A stretch of 64,000 bases of DNA from an uncultured Solirubrobacterales bacterium. GTDB lineage: Bacteria; Actinomycetota; Thermoleophilia; Solirubrobacterales; Solirubrobacteraceae. Below are positions 7,936 through 17,831 of this stretch, piece after piece. A program made the translations under genes and the position numbers. Every line of letters starts with the position of its first letter. The first letter of the stretch is position 1. Below the pieces are notes generated by a model. It had not been told where the DNA came from. It did no database searches and saw only the letters and a program-made list of their open reading frames with translations. The stretch lies in contig OY969105.1 in assembly GCA_963697945.1 (NCBI GenBank), positions 3,035,269 through 3,099,268 on the forward strand, written 5' to 3'.

Positions 7936-9978
7936 CTAGAGGTCTCTGGCTTCAAGCAGCTCGCGCAACCCGTCCTCGTCGAGCACCGGCACCGCCAGGC
8001 GCTGGGCCTTGGCGAGCTTTGACCCGGCGGACTCGCCCGCGACGAGGTAGTCGGTGTTCTTCGACACCGACGCGGTGACGCGCCCGCCCGCGGCCATGAT
8101 CCGTTCGCTGGCCTGCTCGCGCGTCCAGTCCGGCAGGGTGCCGGTCAACACGAACGTCTTGCCCGCCAGCGGCCCCTCCGAGGGCGGCGGGCCCTGTTCG
8201 CGCAGCTGCAATCCGAGGCCGCGCAGGTCTGAGATCAGCGCGCGCATGCGCTCATCCTCGAGCTGGGCGCGGATCGTGCGCGCCATCTTCTCGCCGATGC
8301 CGGGGGTCTGGGAGATCTCCTCGGTGCTCGCCCCGAGCAGCGCGTCGATCGTGCGAAAGCGCATCGCGAGGTTGCGCGCGGTGATCTCGCCGACCTCCTC
8401 GATGCCGAGCCCAAAGAGCACGCGCGCGAACGGGCGCTGCTTTGAGGCCTCGATCGCGCCGATCAGGCTGCGTGCGGACTGCTCGGCGAAGCCCTCCAGC
8501 TCGATCAGCTGCTCGGCGGTCAGCCGGTAGAAGTCCGCGTCGGTACGCACCAGCCCGCGCTCCTGCAGCAGCGCGACCTGCTTCTCGCCCAGGCCCTCGA
8601 TGTCCATCGCGCCCTGGGAGACGAAGTGCTTGAGCAACTGCCATGCCCGTGCCGGACAATCGCGGTTGGGGCACTGCGTGAACACGCCCTCGCGCGGCTT
8701 GACCGTTTTGGTGTTGCAAAACGGGCACCTGGAAGGGGCGCGCGGACGCGGCGGACGCTTGCCGGAGCGGTCGAGCACGTGCGGCGCGGGCGAGACCACC
8801 TGCGGGATCACATCGCCCGCGCGCATCACGATCACCTCCTCGCCCGGACGCAGGTCCTTGCGGCGCAGATCCTCCTCGTTGTGGAGCGTCGCCAACTTGA
8901 TCGTCACCCCTCCGACCGCGACGGGTGTGAGCATGGCGTAGGGGCGCAAATCGCCGAACTTGCCGACGTTCCACATGACCTTCTCCAGGGTGGTCACGGC
9001 GGTGGTGGGCGGGAACTTCCAGGCGATCGCCCAGCGCGGATCGCGCCCGACCGAACCCAGGCGGCGCTGCAGCTGCAGATCGTCGACCTTCACCACCACC
9101 CCGTCGATCTCAAAGTCAAGCTCGCCGCGGCGGCGCTGCCAGTCAAGGCACTGTTCGATCACCTCCTCCTCGCTGTCCAGCACCTGAATGTCGGGGTTCA
9201 CACGGAAGCGATGCTCGCGCAACCACTCAAGCGCCTGGGAGTGGCGTTTGAGCTCGAAGGACAGCCCCTCAACGACACCCAGCTGGTAGCACCACATCGA
9301 CAACGGCCGCTCGCGCGCATCCGCGGGATCGAGTTGGCGGATCGTGCCGGCGGCGGAGTTGCGCGGGTTCATGAACGTCGGCTCTCCGGCCTGGGCGCGG
9401 CGCTCGTTGAGCGCGGCGAAGTCGGCCAGCGACATATACACCTCGCCGCGCACCTCCAAGAGTGGCGGCACATCCTCGACGCGCAGCGGGATCGAGCCGA
9501 TCGTGCGCAGGTTATGCGTGACGTCCTCCCCCACCTCGCCGTTACCGCGCGTGGCCCCGCGCTCGAGCACCCCTTCGCGATAGACGAGGCTCATCGCAAG
9601 CCCGTCGATCTTCGGCTCGACCACGAAACGAAAGCGCGGCTGCGCGATGCCCTCGCGCGCGAGATGGGTGCGCATCCGCTCGACCCACGCACGCAGCTCC
9701 TCCTCGGTACGAGCGTTCGGCAGCGAGAGCATCGGCTCCAGGTGCGTGACCTTCTCGAGCTTCCCCACCGGCTCCCCGCCCACGCGCTGGGTGGGCGAGT
9801 CGGGCGTACGCAGCTGGGGGTGGGTGGCCTCGATCGCGCGCAACTCGTCCAGCAGCGCGTCATAGACGTCATCGCCGATCTCCGGATCGTCGAGGACGTA
9901 ATAGCGATAGGCGTGATGTTCGAGCTGCGTGCGTAGCTCCCCCGCGCGAGCCCAAATCTCCTTTCCGGGTTCGCTCAC
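7936..9978 (-). CDS. ligA: NAD-dependent DNA ligase
   Basis: YYVLDDP, KIDGLA adenylation motif, DGVVVK, CPFC...CPNRDC zinc finger, HhH repeats, BRCT (TFVLTGTL). Confidence 0.97.
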   Translation of the reverse strand: MSEPGKEIWARAGELRTQLEHHAYRYYVLDDPEIGDDVYDALLDELRAIEATHPQLRTPDSPTQRVGGEPVGKLEKVTHLEPMLSLPNARTEEELRAWVERMRTHLAREGIAQPRFRFVVEPKIDGLAMSLVYREGVLERGATRGNGEVGEDVTHNLRTIGSIPLRVEDVPPLLEVRGEVYMSLADFAALNERRAQAGEPTFMNPRNSAAGTIRQLDPADARERPLSMWCYQLGVVEGLSFELKRHSQALEWLREHRFRVNPDIQVLDSEEEVIEQCLDWQRRRGELDFEIDGVVVKVDDLQLQRRLGSVGRDPRWAIAWKFPPTTAVTTLEKVMWNVGKFGDLRPYAMLTPVAVGGVTIKLATLHNEEDLRRKDLRPGEEVIVMRAGDVIPQVVSPAPHVLDRSGKRPPRPRAPSRCPFCNTKTVKPREGVFTQCPNRDCPARAWQLLKHFVSQGAMDIEGLGEKQVALLQERGLVRTDADFYRLTAEQLIELEGFAEQSARSLIGAIEASKQRPFARVLFGLGIEEVGEITARNLAMRFRTIDALLGASTEEISQTPGIGEKMARTIRAQLEDERMRALISDLRGLGLQLREQGPPPSEGPLAGKTFVLTGTLPDWTREQASERIMAAGGRVTASVSKNTDYLVAGESAGSKLAKAQRLAVPVLDEDGLRELLEARDL

Positions 9979-10793
9979 GACGCGGGGCGGGCGACCGAAC
10001 CGAGCAGCTCCTCCAGATCGAAGCCCCGGAGCGCCTGTAGGCCGGCGCGGTCTGTGAGGTCGAAGTGAATCGGGGTCACCGCGATACGTCCTGCGGCGAC
10101 CGCCGCGAGATCGGTGCCGGGCTCGTCATGAAAACCGGGGTCCGAGCCGTAGATCCAGTAGCGCCGGCGGTGCTTCTCCTCGTGCTCGAGCTTAAGCTCG
10201 TCCTCGTAGATCCGCTTGCCGATGCTCGTCACCTCCACGCCGCCGGGTTCGCCCGCGGGGACGTTCACGTTCAACAGCGTGCTCGCGGGCAACGGTACGT
10301 CCTCGATCCGCTCCACCAGCCGCGCCACGAACGCCGCCGCGGTCTCAAAGCCGAAGCCGCCGTCGTAGCGAAAGTCAAGCGCGCGCGCACGCGACTGCTG
10401 GGAGACGGCGATCGCGGGGATGCCCAGCACGACGCCCTCCAGGGCCGCCGCGACGGTGCCCGAATAGGTGATGTCATCGCCCAGGTTCGCCCCGTGGTTG
10501 ATGCCCGAGACGACCAGATCGGGATGAAAGCCCTCGACCAAACCGAGGCTCGCGAGCCGCACGCAATCCACCGGAGTGCCATCGGTGGCATAGCCGACGG
10601 TGCCATCCGAGAAGGGCGTCTCGGCGACCCACAACGGGCGACGCGTGGTAATCGACCGCGCCATCGCCGAGCGGTTGCCGTCGGGCGCGACCACCGCGAG
10701 CCGTACGCCATCGACGCCGACGAGCGCAGTCCGCATCGTTTGCAGGCCCTCGGCCTCGATCCCGTCGTCGTTGGTGAGCAGCACGTTCAGCAT
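9975..10793 (-). CDS. surE: 5'/3'-nucleotidase SurE
   Basis: LLTNDDGI, GTPVDCV, SGINHGANLG, YSGTVAAA. Confidence 0.96.
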   Translation of the reverse strand: MLNVLLTNDDGIEAEGLQTMRTALVGVDGVRLAVVAPDGNRSAMARSITTRRPLWVAETPFSDGTVGYATDGTPVDCVRLASLGLVEGFHPDLVVSGINHGANLGDDITYSGTVAAALEGVVLGIPAIAVSQQSRARALDFRYDGGFGFETAAAFVARLVERIEDVPLPASTLLNVNVPAGEPGGVEVTSIGKRIYEDELKLEHEEKHRRRYWIYGSDPGFHDEPGTDLAAVAAGRIAVTPIHFDLTDRAGLQALRGFDLEELLGSVARPAS

Positions 10794-10893
10794 GGTCTGC
10801 CCCCAGCATAGGGGCCGGCTCGGCTCATCCGGTGGCCGTCGGGTTATGAACCGCTTTCAAAGGATCGACACGCGGCCGATTTTGAAAAAGGTT

Positions 10894-11667
10894 CTACACA
10901 TCCTGCGGATAGGCGACCGAAGCCAGGGCCAATCCGTGCGCGAGCGCCGTCGGCCCGGCCTGCGCGCGTGGCCTGCCGCTGAGCAGGTCCGCGAACTCGG
11001 CAGGCGTGCGCAGGTGCAAGGCGACCTCGAGCATCGTGCCGACGAGGATCCGCACCATGTGGCGCATGAACGTGTCGGCCTCGATCCACAGCTCGAGCAT
11101 CTCGTGGGCCCCGCCCCTCGCCTGCGCCACGCCCGCCGTGCGCCACTCGGCGGCGAGGATCTCGCGTTCGAAGCGCGTGTGTTTGGTCTCCGAGGGCGTG
11201 AACGCGGTGAAGTCGTGCCTGCCGAGGAGCGCACTCGCGCACTCCTCCAGCGCCTCGCGATCGAGCGGGCGCGGCCACCACAGCGCGTGGCGGCGCTCGA
11301 ACGGATTGCGCGCGGGGCGCGTGAGAATGCGGTAGCAGTATGTGCGGCTGATGGCCGAGCGGCGGGCGTCCCACCCCTCCGGGGCCGGCTCGGCGGCGAG
11401 GATCGCGACGTCATCGGGCAGCAGGCCGTTCAACCGTCGCGGATCGACCGCCTCGTGGGCGTAACTGGCCACCTGACCCCAAGCGTGCACGCCGCGGTCG
11501 GTGCGTCCGGCGACGGTGAGCGTCAGCGGCCCGCCCGTCGTGGAGGCGTCACCGAGAACCGTGCGCAGCGCGCGCTCGACCTCCTCCTGGACCGTTCGCA
11601 GACCCGGCTGACGCGCCCAACCGATAAAGTCGGTTCCGTCGTATTCGAGCGTCAGCTTGGTAACCAT
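10894..11667 (-). CDS. truA: tRNA pseudouridine(38-40) synthase
   Basis: LEYDGTDFIGW, AGRTDRGVHA, GRHDFTAF, FMRHMVR. Confidence 0.96.
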   Translation of the reverse strand: MVTKLTLEYDGTDFIGWARQPGLRTVQEEVERALRTVLGDASTTGGPLTLTVAGRTDRGVHAWGQVASYAHEAVDPRRLNGLLPDDVAILAAEPAPEGWDARRSAISRTYCYRILTRPARNPFERRHALWWPRPLDREALEECASALLGRHDFTAFTPSETKHTRFEREILAAEWRTAGVAQARGGAHEMLELWIEADTFMRHMVRILVGTMLEVALHLRTPAEFADLLSGRPRAQAGPTALAHGLALASVAYPQDV

Positions 11668-11699
11668 CGCAGCAGCGGCGCGCCGCGTGAGCGACGACC

Positions 11700-12053
11700 T
11701 CAGACCAGCTCGATGAACACCATCTCGGTCGCGTCCGAGCGGCGCGGACCGAGCTTGAGGATGCGCGTATAGCCGCCGGGCCTGTCGGCGTAGCGGGGAG
11801 CGAGGTCCTCGAAGAGCTTGTGCACCGCGAACTTGTCCTGCGCCAAACGCGAGAGCGCCTGGCGGCGGGCGTGCAGATCGCTGCGCTTGGCAAGCGTGAT
11901 CAGCCGCTCGACCTCCGGTTTGACCGCGCGGGCCTTGGCAGAGGTCGTTTCGATGCGCTCGTGCTCGATGATCTCCTTCGAGAGGTTCATCAGCAGCGCC
12001 TTGCGATGGGCGCTCGTACGGCTGAGCTTATGTTTGGTCTTCTGGTGGCGCAT
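11700..12053 (-). CDS. rplQ: 50S ribosomal protein L17
   Basis: MRHQKTKHKLSRTSAHRKAL...RPGGYTRILKLG. Confidence 0.97.
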   Translation of the reverse strand: MRHQKTKHKLSRTSAHRKALLMNLSKEIIEHERIETTSAKARAVKPEVERLITLAKRSDLHARRQALSRLAQDKFAVHKLFEDLAPRYADRPGGYTRILKLGPRRSDATEMVFIELV

Positions 12054-12080
12054 GGTTCCGGAGAGTCTATTAGTCCAGAC

Positions 12081-13070
12081 TTAGTCCTGACGGAGATTCA
12101 GGCCCCGTGCGTGGAGCGTCTCGATGACCTCGTCGATCGACTTTTTGCCGAAGTTCGGGATCGCGTTGAGCTCGGCCTCGGACTTCGAGATGAGATCTCC
12201 GACGGTCTGGATGCCTGCGCGCTTGAGGCAGTTGTAGGAGCGCACACCGAGCTCGAGCTCCTCGATCAAGATGCCCCACTCCTCGCCCTGCAGGGCGCCC
12301 GCAGTCCCGCCGCCACCCGCGCCGCCCGGGACCGCGAGACCGTGACCGTCGAGCTGTCCGCCAGGAGCGGCACGAAGCTCTTGGATGCGGTCGGCATCGG
12401 TGAAGATCGCCAGCTGCGAGATCAACAGCTCGGCGGCCTCGCGCAGCGCGGCCTGAGGATCGATCGAGCCGTCTGTCTCGATGTCCAGGGTGAGCTTGTC
12501 GAAGTCGGTCTTCTGACCGACACGGGCCTGCTCGACGGCATAGGCGACACGACGCACGGGCGAGAAGATCGAGTCGATCGGGATCACACCGATGGGCTGG
12601 TCGGGCGACTTGTTCTCCTCGGCGGGGCGATATCCGCGGCCGCGACCGATCGTCATGTATAGCTCGAGCTTTGTCTTCTTCTCAAGCGTCGCGACGTGCA
12701 CGTCCGGGTTGAGGATCTCCACGCCGGCGGGCAAGTCGATGTCCTTGGCCGTGATTTCCCCCGGGCCGGTCACGACCAGCGGCGCCTCGACCTCGGTCGC
12801 GTCTGAGTGCATGCGGCAGACGATGCCCTTGAGGTTGAGCACGATGTCGGTCACGTCTTCCTTGACGCCCGGGATCGTCGAGAACTCGTGCGCGACTCCC
12901 TCGATGCGCACACTCGTGACGGCGGCGCCCGCGAGCGATGAGAGCAGCACGCGCCGCAGCGAGTTGCCGAACGTGTAGCCGAAACCGCGGTCGAGCGGCT
13001 CGATGGTGAACGTGCCGCGGTTCTGCTCCACGGACTCGCTTGTGATCCGGGGGATTTGGAAGTCGAGCAT
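12081..13070 (-). CDS. rpoA: RNA polymerase alpha subunit
   Basis: EPLDRGFGYTFGNSLRRVLLSSL; alpha-CTD ELELGVRSYNCLKRAGI; start placed at ATG 13070. Confidence 0.97.
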   Translation of the reverse strand: MLDFQIPRITSESVEQNRGTFTIEPLDRGFGYTFGNSLRRVLLSSLAGAAVTSVRIEGVAHEFSTIPGVKEDVTDIVLNLKGIVCRMHSDATEVEAPLVVTGPGEITAKDIDLPAGVEILNPDVHVATLEKKTKLELYMTIGRGRGYRPAEENKSPDQPIGVIPIDSIFSPVRRVAYAVEQARVGQKTDFDKLTLDIETDGSIDPQAALREAAELLISQLAIFTDADRIQELRAAPGGQLDGHGLAVPGGAGGGGTAGALQGEEWGILIEELELGVRSYNCLKRAGIQTVGDLISKSEAELNAIPNFGKKSIDEVIETLHARGLNLRQD

Positions 13071-13181
13071 CAGCGTCCTAACGTCGTCGTGTTGGTCTCG
13101 CACCGGCGCCCTCGCGAACGCCGGCTCCGGAGCGCCGTCCCCCCACCCGCGGGCGGAGTGATGACGGCATGGGCAAACCTG

Positions 13182-13802
13182 CTACTTCGAGTACAGCTCG
13201 ACGATGAGCTGCTCCTGCACCGGCGCGGCCACCTCGCGTCGCTCCGGCTTGCGCAGCACCTTGGCCGTGAGCGACTCGTGATCGGCCTGCAGCCACGCGG
13301 GTATCTGTCCTGTCAACTCGGTCGCATCCCTGACCACCTGCGTCGCCGCGGTGCCCGCCTTGATCGCGATCACCTCGCCGGCGCGCACCTGATAGCTGGG
13401 GATGTTCACCCGCCGGCCATTGACCGTCCAATGGCCGTGGCGGATCAGCTGGCGGGCCTGCCGGCGCGAGGCGGCAAACCCGAGCCGCACCAGCACGTTG
13501 TCCAACCGACACTCCAGCAGCACGAGCAAGTTCTCGCCCGTGATCCCCGGCTGCCGGGAAGCCTTCTCGTAGTAGCCGTGGAACTGGCGCTCGAGCACCC
13601 CGTAATAGCGGCGCGCCTTCTGCTTCTCGCGTAGCTGCAACCGGTACTCGCTCTGTTTCATCCGCCCGCGGCCGTGCTCGCCCGGCGGATAGGCGCGGCG
13701 CTCGACGCCACACTTGTCCGTCAGGCAGCGCTCGCCCTTGAGGAACAGCTTCTGTCCCTCGCGGCGGCACTGCTTGCACTGGGCTCCGGTGTCTCTGGCC
13801 AT
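13182..13802 (-). CDS. rpsD: 30S ribosomal protein S4
   Basis: [42 protein letters not shown]. Confidence 0.98.
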   Translation of the reverse strand: MARDTGAQCKQCRREGQKLFLKGERCLTDKCGVERRAYPPGEHGRGRMKQSEYRLQLREKQKARRYYGVLERQFHGYYEKASRQPGITGENLLVLLECRLDNVLVRLGFAASRRQARQLIRHGHWTVNGRRVNIPSYQVRAGEVIAIKAGTAATQVVRDATELTGQIPAWLQADHESLTAKVLRKPERREVAAPVQEQLIVELYSK

Positions 13803-13804
13803 CG

Positions 13805-14197
13805 CTAGACCCTCCGCCGCTTACGTGGGCGGCAGCCGTTGTGGGCCTGCGGCGTGACGTCCTTGACGCCTGTCACCTCAAGCCCGGCGGCCTGTAGCGA
13901 ACGGATCGCCGTCTCGCGGCCGGAGCCGGGGCCCTTGACGTAGACCTCGACCTTCTGCAACCCCTGCTCCAAGCCCTTGCGCGCGGCCGCATCGGCGGTC
14001 ACCTGCGCTGCGAAGGGTGTCGACTTGCGCGAGCCCTTGAATCCGGCGCCGCCGGCGGACTCCCACGCGATCACGTTGCCGGTGGTGTCGGTCAACGAGA
14101 CGATCGTGTTGTTGAACGAGGTCTTGATGTGGGCCTGACCGATGGGGATGTTCTTCTTGGGCTTGCGTTTGCCACGGGCGCGTTTAGGAGGGGCCAT
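13805..14197 (-). CDS. rpsK: 30S ribosomal protein S11
   Basis: [38 protein letters not shown]. Confidence 0.98.
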   Translation of the reverse strand: MAPPKRARGKRKPKKNIPIGQAHIKTSFNNTIVSLTDTTGNVIAWESAGGAGFKGSRKSTPFAAQVTADAAARKGLEQGLQKVEVYVKGPGSGRETAIRSLQAAGLEVTGVKDVTPQAHNGCRPRKRRRV

Positions 14198-14580
14198 TAC
14201 TTCTTACCGGCTTTCTTCTTGCCCGCGACCTGCATCCGCTTGGGGCCCTTGCGCGTGCGAGCGTTGGTCTTGGTCTTCTGCCCGCGCACGGGTAGACCCC
14301 GCCGGTGGCGCAGGCCGCGATAGCAGGCGATCTCCTGCAGGCGCTTGATGTCCTGCGAGCGCTCCCGGCGCAGATCGCCCTCGACGGTCAGTGAGCTGTC
14401 GATCGCGTCGCGAAGTTTGGCGACCTCGTCCTCGGTCAGGTCGCGCACGTAAGTATCGGGGCTCACACCGACCTCGGCCAGAATCTTGTTCGAGGTCGAG
14501 CGGCCGATGCCGAAGATGTAGGTCAGCCCGATCTCCGAGCGCTTGTTCAGGGGGAGGTTGACCCCGGCGATTCTTGCCAT
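14197..14580 (-). CDS. rpsM: 30S ribosomal protein S13
   Basis: [34 protein letters not shown]. Confidence 0.98.
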   Translation of the reverse strand: MARIAGVNLPLNKRSEIGLTYIFGIGRSTSNKILAEVGVSPDTYVRDLTEDEVAKLRDAIDSSLTVEGDLRRERSQDIKRLQEIACYRGLRHRRGLPVRGQKTKTNARTRKGPKRMQVAGKKKAGKK

Positions 14581-14587
14581 GCTGGCG

Positions 14588-14701
14588 TTAGCCCTGCCTT
14601 TGCTTGTGGCGCTTGTTCTGGCAGATGACCAGCACCGCGCCGTGGCGGCGGATGATCTTGCACTTCTCGCACATCGGCTTGACCGACGGTCTGACCTTCA
14701 T
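14588..14701 (-). CDS. rpmJ: 50S ribosomal protein L36 (zinc-binding form); not in ORF track
   Basis: Manual translation [37 protein letters not shown]. Confidence 0.97.
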   Translation of the reverse strand: MKVRPSVKPMCEKCKIIRRHGAVLVICQNKRHKQRQG

Positions 14702-14916
14702 GATCCCTTTCGGCTGGTCCCGGCGACCGGGCTCTGGCGACCGTTGTGGCCGCCGCTACCAGGTCGTGGATAACATGCTCTCGCGCGCGCACACGCCTCG
14801 CGTTCGAGCAGGACTCCGGATGGTAGCAACTCGGCGAAGCGGAGCGAAGTTCCCCCGCAGGCCGAGGTCTTCCGCAGGCCGAAATCCCCCGCGAGCCGAG
14901 GGTGTCCCGCGAGGTA

Positions 14917-15723
14917 TCAGCCGGCGCTGGCCGCGGCTTGAGGCTCGCCGACGGTCGGACGCTCCGCGGGCGCCAGATGCCACGGCGTGAGGATGCGCGG
15001 GCCCTCTGGCGTGATTGCGATCGTGAACTCGAAGTGTGCGGCGGGGGAGCCATCCTGGGAGAAGATCGCCCAGCCGTCGCCCGCCACCCTCACGCCGGCG
15101 CGCCCGGCGGTCATCATCGGCTCCACCGCGAGGACCATGCCCTCCTGCAACAGCGGGCCGCGACCGGGGCGTCCGTAGTTGGGGACCTGTGGGTCCTCGT
15201 GCATGGCGCGTCCGATGCCGTGCCCGACAAGCGAGCGGACGACCGACAGCCCGGCGCCCTCGGCTACGCGCTGGATGGCGCTTGAGAGATCGCCCATGCG
15301 GTTGCCGGCGCGGCACTGCTCGACGCCGACGTACAGCGACTGGCGAGTGGCGGCGAGCAGGTTCTCGGCCACGGGGTCGATCTCTCCGACCGGGAACGTG
15401 CGGGCGGCGTCGGCGACCCAGCCGTCGAGCGTAACGCCGACGTCGATCGAGATCACGTCACCGGGCGCGAGCGCGTAGGAGCCGGGGATGCCGTGCACGA
15501 CCATCGAATTCGGCGAGGCGCAGATCGAGCCGGGGAACCCGCGATAGCCCTTGAACGCCGGCGTGGCGCCACGGGAGCGGATGAACCGCTCGGCGATCGT
15601 GTCAAGCTCTGAGGTGCTGATCCCCGGACGGATGTGGCTCTCGAGCAGGTCGAGGGTCGCGACCAACACCTCGCCGGCGCGCGCCATCCGGTCGATCTCC
15701 TCGGGGGACTTGGTGATGATCAT
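14917..15723 (-). CDS. map: Type I methionine aminopeptidase
   Basis: FKGYRGFPGSICASPN, SIDVG, GHGIGRAMHEDP, HFEFT. Confidence 0.96.
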   Translation of the reverse strand: MIITKSPEEIDRMARAGEVLVATLDLLESHIRPGISTSELDTIAERFIRSRGATPAFKGYRGFPGSICASPNSMVVHGIPGSYALAPGDVISIDVGVTLDGWVADAARTFPVGEIDPVAENLLAATRQSLYVGVEQCRAGNRMGDLSSAIQRVAEGAGLSVVRSLVGHGIGRAMHEDPQVPNYGRPGRGPLLQEGMVLAVEPMMTAGRAGVRVAGDGWAIFSQDGSPAAHFEFTIAITPEGPRILTPWHLAPAERPTVGEPQAAASAG

Positions 15724-15823
15724 GTTCAGATGAGCTTAGCTTGAGCGCCTGGCCCGGCGACTGTCCCACTCCGGGTCTAAATCCATGCCGACGGTCCTCC
15801 CTGGACCCTCGGACCCGTGTCCG

Positions 15824-16504
15824 CTACAGCTTCTCCTCCAAGCGCAGCGTGGCGAGGGTGGCGCGGATACGATCATGGACCTCGTCGGGGCTGCGGCAGC
15901 CGTCGAAGCTGCGCAGCTGCCCGGTGCCTTCGTAGTAGCCGATCAGCGGCTCGGTCTGGCGGTGATAGACCTCAAGGCGCCGCCGGATCGTCTCCTCGCG
16001 ATCGTCGTCGCGTTGAATCAGACGCGAGCCGTCCTGATCACAGATGCCCTCGTGCTTGGGCGGGTCGAAGTCGACGTGGTAGATGTGAGCGGGATTCTTC
16101 ACGCACACTCGGCGTCCGCTCAGACGACGTACGAGCTCCTCGTCGGGGACCTCGATCGCGAGCACCGCCGTGAGCCGGCGATCCAGGCCACCGAGTGCCT
16201 GCGCGAGCGCGTCGGCCTGGGCCTCGTTGCGCGGAAACCCGTCGAGCAGGAACCCATCGCCGGCGTCGGCGTCGGAGACCCGCTGCACGATCATGCCGAT
16301 GATCACCTCGTCGGGGACGAGCTCGCCTGAGTCCATGTAGCGCTTGGCCTGCACTCCGAGCTCCGAGCCGGCGGTGACCTGAGCGCGCAGCATGTCTCCG
16401 GTGGAGATGTGCGGCAGCCCGAAGTCTTCGCGCAGGCGCTCGGCCTGCGTGCCCTTCCCGGCGCCCGGGGGACCGAGCAGGATCAAATTGAGCTCGGACG
16501 CCAC
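15824..16504 (-). CDS. adk: Adenylate kinase
   Basis: LLGPPGAGKGTQA P-loop, HISTGDMLR, LDGFPR, LID domain. Confidence 0.97.
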   Translation of the reverse strand: MASELNLILLGPPGAGKGTQAERLREDFGLPHISTGDMLRAQVTAGSELGVQAKRYMDSGELVPDEVIIGMIVQRVSDADAGDGFLLDGFPRNEAQADALAQALGGLDRRLTAVLAIEVPDEELVRRLSGRRVCVKNPAHIYHVDFDPPKHEGICDQDGSRLIQRDDDREETIRRRLEVYHRQTEPLIGYYEGTGQLRSFDGCRSPDEVHDRIRATLATLRLEEKL

Positions 16505-16514
16505 AAGCCCGAGA

Positions 16515-17786
16515 CTACTTCAGGAAGCCCTCGTAGCTGCGCATCATCAGCTGGGCCTCGAGCTGCTTCATCGTTTCCAGGGCGACACCGATCACGATCA
16601 GGATCGAGGTGCCACCGAACTGGAACTGCTGATGGGTGCGCGCGAACAGGATCGCGGGCAGCGCCGCGACCGCGGCGAGGAACAGGGCGCCGGGGAAGGT
16701 CAGGCGCGCGAGGATGCGATCGAGGAATTCGGCCGTGGGACGCCCGGGACGCACGCCCGGGATGAAGCCGCCGTACTTCTTGAGGTTGTCGGCCTGATCG
16801 ACCGGGTTGAAGGTGACGGCGGTGTAAAAGTAGGTGAACAGCAGGATCAGCAGCGACTGCCCGATGATGTAGTGCCAGCCGTTGGGCGTGAAGAAGTCTG
16901 AGATCTGCGTGCCCCAGTGGGTTTTCACGAGCTGACCGACGGTCGGCGGGAAGGCCATGAGGCTGGCGGCGAAGATCACGGGGATCACGCCCGCCATGTT
17001 CACTCGCAGGGGCAGATATGTCTGGCCGCCCTCGGACATGCGCCGTCCGATCACGCGCTTGGCGTACTGCACGGGGATGCGCCGCTGGCCCTCCTGCACG
17101 AACACGATCCCGGCGACGACCGCGAGCACGAGGAACGGCATCATCACCTTGAACACCTGATCCTGGGTCGTCCACCACTGCTGGATGCCGGAGGGCAGCC
17201 GCGAGACGATCGAGGCGAAGATCAGCAGCGAGATGCCGTTGCCGATGCCGCGCTGGGTGATCAGCTCACCGATCCACATCAAGAGCACGCAGCCGGTGGT
17301 CAGGCATACGACGATCAAGAAGACGTGCGGCGGGTCGAAGTGGGTCACGACGGATTCGCCGGCTTTGGCCTGCAACGAGTGGAACAGGAAGACGTAGCCG
17401 ATCGACTGGGCAAACGCGAGCCCGACCGTGAGGTAGCGGGTGTATTGGGTGATCCGCGCCTGGCCGACCTCGCCTTCCTTGGAGAGCTTTTCCAACGACG
17501 GGACGACCACCTGCAACAGCTGCAGGATGATCGAGGCGGTGATGTAGGGCATGATGCCCAGCGCGAACAGCGCAATCCGCGAGAGGCCGCCGCCGGAGAA
17601 CAGGTTCAAGTAGCTGAGGATTCCCGAGCCGCCGAACTGCTTCTGAATGTTGTTGACGGCCGTCAGGTTCACGCCCGGCACGGGGACGTGGGAGCCGATG
17701 CGATAGATCAGCAGCATCGCCGCGGTGAAGCCGAGCTTCTTGCGGATGTCCGCTACCTGGAACGCGTTTAGGATCGTGGAAAGCAT
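16515..17786 (-). CDS. secY: Preprotein translocase SecY
   Basis: FALGIMPYITASII, GIGNGISLLIF, GGFIPGVRPG, GGTSILIVIGV. Confidence 0.98.
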   Translation of the reverse strand: MLSTILNAFQVADIRKKLGFTAAMLLIYRIGSHVPVPGVNLTAVNNIQKQFGGSGILSYLNLFSGGGLSRIALFALGIMPYITASIILQLLQVVVPSLEKLSKEGEVGQARITQYTRYLTVGLAFAQSIGYVFLFHSLQAKAGESVVTHFDPPHVFLIVVCLTTGCVLLMWIGELITQRGIGNGISLLIFASIVSRLPSGIQQWWTTQDQVFKVMMPFLVLAVVAGIVFVQEGQRRIPVQYAKRVIGRRMSEGGQTYLPLRVNMAGVIPVIFAASLMAFPPTVGQLVKTHWGTQISDFFTPNGWHYIIGQSLLILLFTYFYTAVTFNPVDQADNLKKYGGFIPGVRPGRPTAEFLDRILARLTFPGALFLAAVAALPAILFARTHQQFQFGGTSILIVIGVALETMKQLEAQLMMRSYEGFLK

Positions 17787-17831
17787 GACTGGTGGGTCCG
17801 CTGGACGGGGTCGTCCGCGGAGCGCCCGATT

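Noticed and set aside
14766-14774. DnaA-box-like TTATCCACG upstream of rpmJ
   Set aside because: Single 8/9 match with no cluster and no oriC context
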